From NCBI GenBank assembly GCA_963555755.3, contig OY820905.2:1536001-1600000 (forward strand): a stretch of 64,000 nucleotides of DNA, given 5' to 3'. Positions 42,307 through 51,743 of the stretch are shown in pieces. A model generated the notes under the pieces. The model did no database searches and was not told the DNA's origin. It was given only the letters and a program-made list of their open reading frames with translations. The position numbers and the translations under genes were made by a program. The DNA is from Nitrospirales bacterium. GTDB lineage: Bacteria; Nitrospirota; Nitrospiria; Nitrospirales; UBA8639. Each line of letters starts with the position of its first letter. Position 1 is the first letter of the stretch.

Positions 42307-42930
42307 ACCCAGCTGGTGATGACCCCGCTGGAATTCCTGCAACGCCTGGCCGCCCTCGTCCCACGTCCGCGCCTCCATCTATGGCGTGCTCGCCCCCAAC
42401 GCGGCGTTGCGGTCCCAGATCGTGCCCGGCGCGGCCGACCCGGCGCCGAACACCGCCAATGAGGAGGGCGATGCCCTCGCTCCTTCAACACGAGCCCGCC
42501 TGAGCTGGGCCCAATGACTCAAACGCGTCTTCGCCATCGACATTACCACCTGTCCACAATGCGGCGGGCCATTGACCATCCTCGCGGCGATCGAAGATCC
42601 CACCGTGATCATCAAGATTCTGGGCCACCTGGGCCTACCCCGCCGCGCCCCACCACGAGCCCCAGCCCGCCTCGACGCATTCATGCAAACCGCCTAATCC
42701 CTCCCCGGATTCCGGTTCGGTACCCGAACCGACACTCCCCCTTTGCCCGTTTCCACCCTACACGCCACGAGCAAGCAACAGATTTGGCATAATCCTTGGC
42801 AAAAGGGCCAGGAAGCCCCGACTCACCGGATGCACTCCCGCCTTTCAGACGGCGAAGTGTGCGGATGGACCCCTCACCGCGTTCGTTGGTACGTTGCAGT
42901 CTAGTCAAAAAGGCCTTTTGAATTTCCTAT
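42307..42930 (+). pseudogene. IS91/ISCR-family transposase 3' remnant with oriIS-like end
   Basis: TPLEFLQRLAALVPRPRLHL; CPQCGG..IEDP.VIIKILGHLGLP; terminal TTTTGAATTTCCTAT. Confidence 0.8.
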
Positions 42931-42996
42931 TCCCGAACCATCTGACTCAATCCAGCACTCCCTCATGACGATCGCTCACATCGGGCTGGCTCCTAG
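42931..42996. repeat. Right-end fragment of MITE family A
   Basis: ATCTGACTCAATCCAGCACTCCCTC...GGCTC-CTAG. Confidence 0.7.
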
Positions 42997-44042
42997 TGAA
43001 AACGTTTCTCGACACTCTCTGCCAAACGTTCGAGCAGCGGCTTCGTTGCCTCCCACCCCAAACACGCATCCGTAATACTTTGACCATAGGTTTCAGCTTT
43101 ACCATCAACGACATCCTGTCGACCTTCCACCAAATGGCTCTCGATCATCACTCCGACAATATGGTTGTGCCCACTTTTGATTTGCTTCGCCACATCTTCA
43201 CCCACGGCAACTTGTTGTACAAATTGTTTGCGGCTATTCGCATGACTGAAATCGATCACAATTCCCGTTGACACGTGACTGTCTTTTAATTTCGCAGAAC
43301 ACAGTGCAACATTGTCGCGATCGTAGTTCGGTTCTTTACCGCCACGCAAAATTACATGGGCATCCTCATTGCCCGTCGTTTGGTAAATTGCGGTGGAGCC
43401 CTGTTGCGTTGGCGATAAAAATATATGGGGGTGGTTGGCAGAATTAATCGCATCCACGGCTATGGTAATATTCCCGTCAGTACCATTTTTAAATCCAACC
43501 GGACACGAGAGCCCAGACGCCAACTCCCGATGAATTTGACTTTCGGTGATACGCGCCCCAATCGCACCCCAACTAATGAGATCCGCGTAGTACTGTCCGG
43601 TAACAATATCCAGAAACTCTGTCCCCGCAGGCAAACCCATACCGTTGAGATCGACAAGAAGTTGGCGCGCTAAACTCAACCCTTTATTGATTTGGAAGCT
43701 TTCATCCAGATCAGGATCATTGATCAAACCTTTCCACCCCACTGTTGTACGAGGTTTTTCGAAATATACGCGCATGACGATTTCCACTCGATCTTTTAGT
43801 TTCTCGCGTATTGGCCGCAATTTTTCCCCATACTCGCAGGCGGCTTTGACATCGTGTATGGAACAAGGCCCAACGACAATGAGCAGCCTTCGATCGCGAC
43901 CATGAAGAATGTCGCTGACGGCCTTGCGTGTTGCCAACACCAAATCTTCGATGTGTTGATTGGAAGGGACTGCACGAAAAAACTCCTCCGGAGGGGCGAC
44001 CTTCTCAATATGCACGATTCGTCTATCAGACGTCTTGGGCAT
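42993..44042 (-). CDS. aroG: Class I DAHP synthase (AroF/G/H type)
   Basis: VGPCSIHD, RVYFEKPRTTVGWKG, IGAR, GFKNGTDG, DFSHANS, YGQSITDAC motifs. Confidence 0.93.
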   Translation of the reverse strand: MPKTSDRRIVHIEKVAPPEEFFRAVPSNQHIEDLVLATRKAVSDILHGRDRRLLIVVGPCSIHDVKAACEYGEKLRPIREKLKDRVEIVMRVYFEKPRTTVGWKGLINDPDLDESFQINKGLSLARQLLVDLNGMGLPAGTEFLDIVTGQYYADLISWGAIGARITESQIHRELASGLSCPVGFKNGTDGNITIAVDAINSANHPHIFLSPTQQGSTAIYQTTGNEDAHVILRGGKEPNYDRDNVALCSAKLKDSHVSTGIVIDFSHANSRKQFVQQVAVGEDVAKQIKSGHNHIVGVMIESHLVEGRQDVVDGKAETYGQSITDACLGWEATKPLLERLAESVEKRFH

Positions 44043-44262
44043 CTTGGGTTTCCGTATCGTTTAACCTAGAAACAGCAGTTGGGCGCAAAAAAGACGTGTA
44101 AGATATTGGTGTGCATCGTGAAAGAGAAAAAGTCGTGGTCACCTTTGTGGTGATGAGACATTTTTCTCTTTTGCGAGGTGCGCCAAGAGCTTGCGCGGAC
44201 TTTTGTGATCCAACTGCTGTTTCTAGGTTTAAGGCTCTTCAGAATTTCGTGGGGGTGTCTTG

Positions 44263-44420
44263 CACCCTCTCCCTTGAAGGGAGAGGGTGGGGGTCCAGTT
44301 CGCCAACCTGATCCCCCGGAGAGCTGACACCGTTCCCAAATCCTGTGGCCAGAGAGCATGAGCCGTTTTTGGCTCTTGTACATTTCCCCCCTCCCCCTCT
44401 CCCCTCCGGGGCGAGGGAAC
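44263..44420. repeat. Two REP-like hairpins
   Basis: ACCCTCTCCCTTGAAGGGAGAGGGT and CCCCTCTCCCCTCCGGGGCGAGGG. Confidence 0.55.
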
Positions 44421-45236
44421 AGGACAAGCGGGGAAGAAGGAAGGAGACCAAAGCTCACACGGTTCTGCAAATCCGCAATAAGAACGCGTCCCTTCCAAAA
44501 CGTTTAGACCTGAGGAGTCTCAGCCACCAGTCTTCCTCTCTTTTGATGACCACCTGTCCGCGAACATGCATGACCTAACCGACTTCGTTACACCAAAAAC
44601 GGGCTGCTGAGGGCCATATAGCCCATGGCCATGCCGATCAACAGGAAGAGAGAGCCGATGGCTCGTTCCATCGTGCGCTGGGAGACGAGGCCTTGCAGAC
44701 GAGGGCCAATCTGGCCCCCGATAATGACGGCGGGAATGGTATAGATGACAACATTCCATGGTAGGGCATTCAAGCCACCTTGGGCAACCAGTGTCGAAAT
44801 TTGCGTAAACGAGGCGGTCGCGCAGACCACGACCACGACAAACACGGAGGTTGCGGCCGCCACCGGGATGGGCACACCGTTGTGCTTGGCCAATTGGGTC
44901 ATCACCACTTCGCCAATGCCGACGCCTAACAAGCCCGTAAAAAATCCGCCAATGCCGGTGACGATGGCGCCTTGGCGTTGGCGGGGCTGTTTATAGGAGT
45001 AGGTTCGTCCGTCCCGACACGTAATGGTCAGAGTCGGGCGGTCCGCTGGCTCGGAAGCCACGCCATGTTTTTGCCCCAAGGGCCTGACCCGCCTTGGGTC
45101 GTGGTGGCAGATCAATTGATAGGACAGGATAAACATCAACACCGCATAGCTGCCGCGAAGAATTCCCTCAAAGTCTTTGAACGTGGTCAGAAGGATCGCC
45201 CCGAGAATCCCGATAGGAACGGCGACCAGGATAAAT

Positions 45237-46823
45237 CCCAAGATCCGCGATGGATTTATTTTGGGCATAAAAAAACCTCGTTGATTTGCTAAGATACGGG
45301 TGCCCACCCCCTTAGCCACTCCTCACCAACGAGGTGAAACGAATGATGCCACAAACCGTTCTTCCGTTCAAGCTTGAGCCCACCGACGAACAGCTCACCG
45401 CTCATGGCGGGCTGGCGCTGTTCGGGGAGTTTCTCCAAGCCATGAATGTGCCCCGGCAACTCAATGCGGCCTTGCCCGCGCCCGGGAGCCGCATCGGCTA
45501 TCACCCCGCCCAATTTGTCGAGCCCCTGCTGCTGATGTTGCATGGCGGGGGCCGGACGCTGGAGGATCTGCGCCAGATTCGCGAGGATGCGGGCTTGCGG
45601 GCCGTGCTGCGACTCCCCGTGGTTCCCAGTGCCGATGCCACGGGCGATTGGCTGCGACGCATGGGGGAGAAGGATGGTTTAGCAAGTTTAGCCGTCGTCA
45701 ATCAGCAGCAGATCCGGCGGGCGTTGAAGCGGGAACCGCGCACGGACTATACCCTCGATCTTGATGCCACGCAGATTGTCGCGGAGAAGCAGGCAGCCAA
45801 ATGGACGTACAAGGGGGAGCGAGGCTATCTGCCGATGCTGGGGCACCTGGCGGAAAATGGGCTGGTGCTTGGGGAGGAGTTTCGTGAAGGGAATGAGGCT
45901 CCGGCGTCCCGCAATCTTGAATTCACCCAGGCGTGTGCGGCGCAGATGCCCAAAGGCAAACGGATTGCTCATGTGCGGGCGGATAGTGCGGCGTACCAAG
46001 CGGAGTTGTTCAATTGGTGCGAGGAGCACAACGTGACGTTTGCGATTGGGGGCGTGCAGGATACGGCCGTGCAGGCCGTCATTGCCGCCATCCCTGAGAG
46101 CCAGTGGCAACCCTACCGAGATGGCCATCTCGCTGAAACGGTACATTGTATGGCGAAGACCAAGCAAGCCTTTCGCCTCATCGTATTGCGACGGCCCGTG
46201 CAACAGGATCTGTTTGCCCCCGAGGCCCCCAGCCTGCGCTACACGCTGATTGCGACGAACCGAGATGGAACCCCTGAGGAGATTGTACGATGGTACAACC
46301 AGCGGGGCGAGACCAGCGAGAATCGCATCAAAGAACTGAAGAGTGGCTTTGGCATGGAACGGCTTCCGTGTGGGACCTTCGCGGCCAATGCCGTCTTCTT
46401 TCGCATTGGCGTGTTAGCCTACAACCTGTTTGTGTTGTTCAAGTTGTTGGCGTTGCCCTATGCCTGGAGCCAGTGCCAAGTGCGCACGGTGCGTTGGCGG
46501 CTGTATCAGGTGGCGGGCAAAGTGGTCCGGCATGCTGGTGCCGTGATCCTCAAAGTGCAACAACAGCTGTGGGGCTTGTGTGAGGAGATTCGGACGCGCT
46601 GTGCAGAAGCTGCCCAGCCTTATTAAGCCGGGGCAGGGGACAGCACAAGAGAAGAAGGAAGCAGGAAGGGAGTGGTCTGCCCAAAAGGCTGGTCGATCCC
46701 ATGTCAGGACAGGCAACTCTGGGAGGTGGCTCAAATCCAGCCAGACCATTGACTAAGCAATGGCGCGAACACGTGGGTTTTGCCAAAGGACCTCTGTTGA
46801 CCAAACCCATCGCGGATCTTGGG
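45237..46823 (+). mobile_element. IS1380-family insertion sequence
   Basis: Inverted repeats CCCAAGATCCGCGATGG / CCATCGCGGATCTTGGG; 5-bp target duplication TAAAT. Confidence 0.93.
45334..46626 (+). CDS. IS1380 transposase
   Basis: LTAHGGL, LDLDAT, RADSA, YNQRGETSENRIKELK, LAYNL motifs. Confidence 0.94.
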   Translation: MKRMMPQTVLPFKLEPTDEQLTAHGGLALFGEFLQAMNVPRQLNAALPAPGSRIGYHPAQFVEPLLLMLHGGGRTLEDLRQIREDAGLRAVLRLPVVPSADATGDWLRRMGEKDGLASLAVVNQQQIRRALKREPRTDYTLDLDATQIVAEKQAAKWTYKGERGYLPMLGHLAENGLVLGEEFREGNEAPASRNLEFTQACAAQMPKGKRIAHVRADSAAYQAELFNWCEEHNVTFAIGGVQDTAVQAVIAAIPESQWQPYRDGHLAETVHCMAKTKQAFRLIVLRRPVQQDLFAPEAPSLRYTLIATNRDGTPEEIVRWYNQRGETSENRIKELKSGFGMERLPCGTFAANAVFFRIGVLAYNLFVLFKLLALPYAWSQCQVRTVRWRLYQVAGKVVRHAGAVILKVQQQLWGLCEEIRTRCAEAAQPY

Positions 46824-47144
46824 TAAATGGGAGGGCGGTCGAAAAATCAATCAAGTGTTTATAGTAATAGCCCACAAAGCCAGAGGAGAACCCGAAGGTT
46901 TCGGTGAGCAACGCCACGCCAATCGCCACCGCAATGCTTTCAAACGCATATTCAGGCCCCAAGATTGGAAAGATGATCATAAAGATTGGGGTGAACAGGG
47001 CCGCACCACCTATACCGCTGAGCATAGCGATCGTGGCCACACAAATAGCGACGGGAAACATAAACCAGTAGATCGTCCAATCGAATTGCGCCAATTCCAT
47101 ACTGAAAAATTCCTGAGAGTAAGTGTAGATGCCTTCGCAAGATC

Positions 47145-49502
47145 TTACTGGCAGCTCTTCTCCGCCTCCTCTCGGGACTCGAAGACGTTCCCGTTCTCCG
47201 CGAGGATGGAGAGCCGATCGATGGGTGCGTGGTAGGAGACGCGGTTTGGTCCGCCCGGCCCGAGCCAGGAGACCTCGATACGCTCTATCGTGTCAGCCGC
47301 ACCGAGACCTATATCGGCGAGATAGGGGGCGCTGCCGAAGCCTGTCTTGTTGTCCATGTGGCTGTAGTACACTTTGGACTCGGTATTTCCATTCTTGGTG
47401 TGCACCGCGATCGTTGATCCCAGGCCGTTGCGGTTGGCGACGCAGCCCTGGAGCCGCAGCTTGATCCAATGGTTGTCGGTCTGGCTCTCGTTCAGGAAGA
47501 GCTGGTTCGGCCACACATCGCCAGGCCAGAAGCCACCGAGGCTGGAGTAGATATCCTGGTCGCCATCCCGATCGAAGTCCGCAAAGACGATGCCGTGGCC
47601 CTTCTGAATTGTACCGAAGCCGTAGAGCATCGAGACATCGTCGGTTCCGGGGCCCTCGCCACGCTCGGGTCGGCCGAGGAGCATCTGATTCGGCAGGACG
47701 TACCAGCCCTCGGGCCCCCCCGTGCCGAGGTACCAATCGAGAGCCCCATCGTGGTTGAGGTCGCCGAAGTTGACACCCATCGGCGACTGGGGGAACTCGC
47801 CAAAATAGCCCGAGTCCTTCTCCCAATTCCCGGCTTTCTTTTGGAGCCAGACCCGCGACTGAGTCTGATAACGATCTTTGCCAGTCTGGAAGACGACCTG
47901 TTCTGTCACGGAATCGGCCACACCCAGTCCACCCACGAACAGGTCAAGCCGGCCGTCGTGGTTCGTGTCGACGAACGAGGTCATGAAGCCGAAGGCGTGC
48001 GAGTCGATCACATCGACGGCTTGAAAACGTCCACCTTCATTGTGAAGCAGGACCTCACTCGGAGCATAGAAACGGGTGACGGCCAAGTCCAGCTTGCCAT
48101 CGCTGTCATAATCGCCAAAGGCCGCCCCGATAATGAAGTGTCCATCCGTCACGGCATTGACGCCATACTCGTCGGTCACCTCGACAAAATGGCCGTCGTC
48201 GTTGCGGAAGAGCATGGACCGCGCATTCTCGTCGAGCGAGAAGACAGCGTGGAACCAGCTTCGTTTAAAATAGGTGCTATAGCCGTGAGCGTTGGCAACA
48301 AAGAGATCCAGATCTCCGTCGCTATCGATATCCCCCCAGGCCGATGCCCACGTCTGAAAGTACCGCTCATCATCGGCTGCGATCAAACCCGTGGAGCGCG
48401 TAACGTCCTCGAATGTGCCGTCGCCTTGGTTGCGCAGCAGAATGAAGTCACCGCGTTCGCTTCCGAAGTGCCGCCCGAAGAAGAGATCGATCCATCCATC
48501 GTTATCGTAGTCGGCCGCAGTGACGATGTGACCGGCCTTAAAGGCGGCGAGGCCCGATTCGACGGATCGATCGACGAAGGTCAGCTGGCCAAGCTCTGTG
48601 CAGCGATTCTCGTAGTAGGTGGTAGCCCTAAACCCGGAGGCGGTCACGATATCGAGGCACCCGTCTCGGTTGAAATCTTCGACAGCAATGCCCCTACCGG
48701 CACCCGGGCCGCCTGCGGCTCGAGACCAGTCGACCCCAATCTGCCCAGCCACGTCCCGGAAACGCAAGTTGGTGAACTTTGCCTCGATCTCTTTGCGCGC
48801 CGCGCCGTAGAAGAGGCTGTGAAAGGGGCTGTCCTCCACGAGCGCGTAGCGCTCGGGCACGCCCTCCGGGAAATCGTCGGCGGCCATCAACGTGAAGTTG
48901 ACCAGCCACTGGTAGAGTGGGTTGGGTCCATAGTCGTCCAGAAGCTGGGTCCACAGGTGGGCTGCCGACCGAGTCGGGGACTTGTCGTGGTGGTAGAGTT
49001 CCAAGGGAAGGGAACACATCCTCGAGTGGTCGAGCTCGGTCTCGTGATGGCCCGACTCGGCAAGGAGCTGGTCCAGGCAATTTGAGGCCTCGCCGAGTCG
49101 CAGGTACGCCATCGCGAGCCAAAACAGGTGATCCTCGGATTGGCCGTCTTGTTCGATCAGGCGCTCGAAGTAATCGACCGACGCTTGGAATTCGCCCCGG
49201 TGCCACGCGCGCTGGCCACAATCGAAGAGGTCGGCCGACGACGACGCGCACGCTTCATGAGAAAGAGCGATCACACCAGTTCCGTCGTGGTATTCGAGAG
49301 TTCGGGTTTTAGGATCAAGGTAGGCAAAGAGGCCACCCATCGACACGAGCGAGCTGAGGGAATCGTGATACAGGACCGATATCGGCAGCGTGATCAAGAG
49401 CGGGTTCTTGATCCAGATGACCGCGGTCACCGCGACGAAAATGATGGTGAGCGACAGCAAAACCCGGAATACAATTCTGCGTATGTTTTTCACATTGTTC
49501 AT
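47145..49502 (-). CDS. Membrane-anchored TPR + FG-GAP/VCBS + ASPIC/UnbV (CRTAC1-like) protein
   Basis: N-terminal TM; repeated DxDxDGxxD motifs; C-terminal NHWIKLRLQG..NRNGLG...IGLG. Confidence 0.85.
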   Translation of the reverse strand: MNNVKNIRRIVFRVLLSLTIIFVAVTAVIWIKNPLLITLPISVLYHDSLSSLVSMGGLFAYLDPKTRTLEYHDGTGVIALSHEACASSSADLFDCGQRAWHRGEFQASVDYFERLIEQDGQSEDHLFWLAMAYLRLGEASNCLDQLLAESGHHETELDHSRMCSLPLELYHHDKSPTRSAAHLWTQLLDDYGPNPLYQWLVNFTLMAADDFPEGVPERYALVEDSPFHSLFYGAARKEIEAKFTNLRFRDVAGQIGVDWSRAAGGPGAGRGIAVEDFNRDGCLDIVTASGFRATTYYENRCTELGQLTFVDRSVESGLAAFKAGHIVTAADYDNDGWIDLFFGRHFGSERGDFILLRNQGDGTFEDVTRSTGLIAADDERYFQTWASAWGDIDSDGDLDLFVANAHGYSTYFKRSWFHAVFSLDENARSMLFRNDDGHFVEVTDEYGVNAVTDGHFIIGAAFGDYDSDGKLDLAVTRFYAPSEVLLHNEGGRFQAVDVIDSHAFGFMTSFVDTNHDGRLDLFVGGLGVADSVTEQVVFQTGKDRYQTQSRVWLQKKAGNWEKDSGYFGEFPQSPMGVNFGDLNHDGALDWYLGTGGPEGWYVLPNQMLLGRPERGEGPGTDDVSMLYGFGTIQKGHGIVFADFDRDGDQDIYSSLGGFWPGDVWPNQLFLNESQTDNHWIKLRLQGCVANRNGLGSTIAVHTKNGNTESKVYYSHMDNKTGFGSAPYLADIGLGAADTIERIEVSWLGPGGPNRVSYHAPIDRLSILAENGNVFESREEAEKSCQ

Positions 49503-49541
49503 CGCGCTATCTCCGCTTTCCGAAGTTGTGAAGGCTGTACC

Positions 49542-50054
49542 TCATGTCTTGCAGTCGTATTTTTCTCCCTTCCCTTGACGTGGTTTTCGCTTGAAAACCG
49601 ACGTTGCCGTCCCAATGGCGGAACGCAACCTGCGCCACAGACGTGACAAGCCTAAGACTAAAGCGCCGACCCCGCCGGGGCCATACGGTGGGTAGGCCCG
49701 CAGCCGCGTGATCAAACCATCTTGGGTCTCGATCACGAAAACCTGGGAGAAATCCAGTTTCATGCCCATCTCGAGGACATGATGTGAGTCCACCTCAACA
49801 ACAGCTTTTCCTCCATCGGCAGACGTAAAGGAATGAACCACGACAAAACCGAAGCTCTTCATTTTGGGAAAGGCCCAACGAAGCCCTTCGAGAATCGCTT
49901 CGCGCCCCTCCATACGTGGTACGGGGTAATGCGGATCAACAAGAACTGCACCTTCGGCATACAGTCCGGCGATCGCAGTGAGATCTTTCGCTTCGACCGC
50001 CCGCAACAATTTTTCCATGAGAACGGCGGGAGTATCCTGTGTCCTATTCATCAC
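49542..50054 (-). CDS. SnoaL-like/NTF2-family protein
   Basis: LYAEGAVLVDP, GREAI, DGLITRLRAY motifs. Confidence 0.82.
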   Translation of the reverse strand: MMNRTQDTPAVLMEKLLRAVEAKDLTAIAGLYAEGAVLVDPHYPVPRMEGREAILEGLRWAFPKMKSFGFVVVHSFTSADGGKAVVEVDSHHVLEMGMKLDFSQVFVIETQDGLITRLRAYPPYGPGGVGALVLGLSRLWRRLRSAIGTATSVFKRKPRQGKGEKYDCKT

Positions 50055-51682
50055 GCTATCTCCCTTTTTCGAAGTTGTGAACGTTGTACCTTGCCGGTTT
50101 TCGTCTCGGGCAGACTGTCAACAAACTCAACCTTCCGTGGATACTTATACGGGGCCATCCTGCTTTTGACGAATGCTTGGAGTTCGGCGATAAGGGCATC
50201 ACCCGGCTCGTATCCTTCCCGCACCACCACAAAAGCCTTGACGATGTTTCCACGCATTTCGTCGGGGGCAGCTACCACCGCGCATTGGGCAACCGCCTTG
50301 TGCTCCTGCAACGCCCCTTCCACCTCGGGGCCAGAAATATTGTGGCCCCCAGATATAATCATATCGTCCGCACGCACCTCAAACCAGAGGTACCCGTCAG
50401 CATCCTGTCGACAGAGATCACCGGTTATGTTCCAACCGCCCTCAACATAGTCTCGCTGCCGAGGATCGGCGAGATACAAGCACCCGATAGGACCCCGCAT
50501 CGCGAGTCTGCCAATCTCCTCCGGCGGTAGCTGGGTCCCTTTCTCATCAATGACCCTCGCCTCGTATCCCGGCACGGGCTTGCCAATGGAACCGGGTCGG
50601 AGGGCGTCTTGCGGCGAGGAGAGGCACATATGAAGCAACTCAGTCGTACCGAAGCCATTTCGAAGCGCGACACCGGTTGCCTCTTTCCAGGCTTCACAGG
50701 TTGCCAGTGGCAGTGGCTCACCACCAGCAAGACACAGGCGCAACCCTTTTAAATCCATGCTTTCTGCCTGATCGAGCATCATCCGATAGGCGGTAGGGAC
50801 GGTCACGCAGATAGTCGCCTTGAAGTCCTGCATGCCGCGGAGGAGCACCTGAGGCTTGGTCTCCTCAAGAAGCACCGACGAGGCTCCCACCCGCATAGGG
50901 AAGAAGACCAACACATCCAGTCCAAACACGAAGCCAATCGACAAGTTACTGATGAAGATATCGTCTGCGGTTGCTTGAAAGAGATACCGTGAACAGGCGT
51001 CACCGGCAATGAGTGCGCTGCGATGAAAATGTACAGCTGCTTTGGGTACTCCGGTGGTGCCCGAGGTAAACGCAATCAAGACCGGATCGTCTCCTGCCGT
51101 GGCCACGTTTCGAAACTCCGTCTCCTTTTTGGCCATCCGAAACTCCAGGTCGGCGCCAGCCTCCGGCTTCCCCGACCCATTGAAATAACAAATGTCCTCG
51201 CACACAGGCGCCTGGCGTTGCCCAGCTTCCATCTCGTCCGCAAGGCGCTCGTCGCAAAGGGCCAGCTTGATCTGTGCCTTCTCAAGGATGGTGCTGATCT
51301 CATGCGCACGCTCGAGCGACATGGTGGCCACCACAATCCCGCCGGCTTTGGCAACAGCAAACCAGCATGCCACCTGCATCGGATTGTTCAGCGAGCGGAT
51401 CAATACACGGTTGCCGGGGACGAGGTTAAAATCATCGACCAACACATGGGCGATCCGATTCGAAGCTTCAAAGAGGTCCCCATACGTCCATCGTTGAGTT
51501 GGCGTTCGGAAAACCACGCGATCACCGTCTTCTGCCAGTACCCTGCCATCGAGGAGCTCAGCCGCACAGTTGAGTCGCTCGGGGTACGGGAACTGATCGA
51601 GATGAATTCGATCAGGCCACTCTTGTTCCGGTGGCAGGTTGTTGAGGACAAACCGATCAACGTGACTCGTGTAGCCAATCAT
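50051..51682 (-). CDS. Aryl-CoA ligase, 2-aminobenzoate/benzoate-CoA ligase family
   Basis: HVDRFVLNNLPP...YPERLNCA N-terminus typical of anthranilate-CoA ligases; FTSGTTGVPK, GFGTTE, PYKYPR, TGKVQR motifs. Confidence 0.82.
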   Translation of the reverse strand: MIGYTSHVDRFVLNNLPPEQEWPDRIHLDQFPYPERLNCAAELLDGRVLAEDGDRVVFRTPTQRWTYGDLFEASNRIAHVLVDDFNLVPGNRVLIRSLNNPMQVACWFAVAKAGGIVVATMSLERAHEISTILEKAQIKLALCDERLADEMEAGQRQAPVCEDICYFNGSGKPEAGADLEFRMAKKETEFRNVATAGDDPVLIAFTSGTTGVPKAAVHFHRSALIAGDACSRYLFQATADDIFISNLSIGFVFGLDVLVFFPMRVGASSVLLEETKPQVLLRGMQDFKATICVTVPTAYRMMLDQAESMDLKGLRLCLAGGEPLPLATCEAWKEATGVALRNGFGTTELLHMCLSSPQDALRPGSIGKPVPGYEARVIDEKGTQLPPEEIGRLAMRGPIGCLYLADPRQRDYVEGGWNITGDLCRQDADGYLWFEVRADDMIISGGHNISGPEVEGALQEHKAVAQCAVVAAPDEMRGNIVKAFVVVREGYEPGDALIAELQAFVKSRMAPYKYPRKVEFVDSLPETKTGKVQRSQLRKREIA

Positions 51683-51743
51683 CTTGTTCACTCCTTCCGT
51701 CAGCACACTCCTCGGATACGGTGGTCCAGGGCCAGGGCTTCTC

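Larger units (their letters stand above)
44588..47100 (-). pseudogene. TauE/SafE-family membrane transporter interrupted by IS1380
   Basis: SGIGGAALFTP, GLLGVGIGE, GGQIGP motifs; removing the IS and one TAAAT restores ...ALPF-ILVAVP in frame. Confidence 0.88.

Noticed and set aside
47469..49085. 538-aa plus-strand ORF
   Set aside because: Antisense shadow of the GC-rich ASPIC/UnbV gene; no motifs
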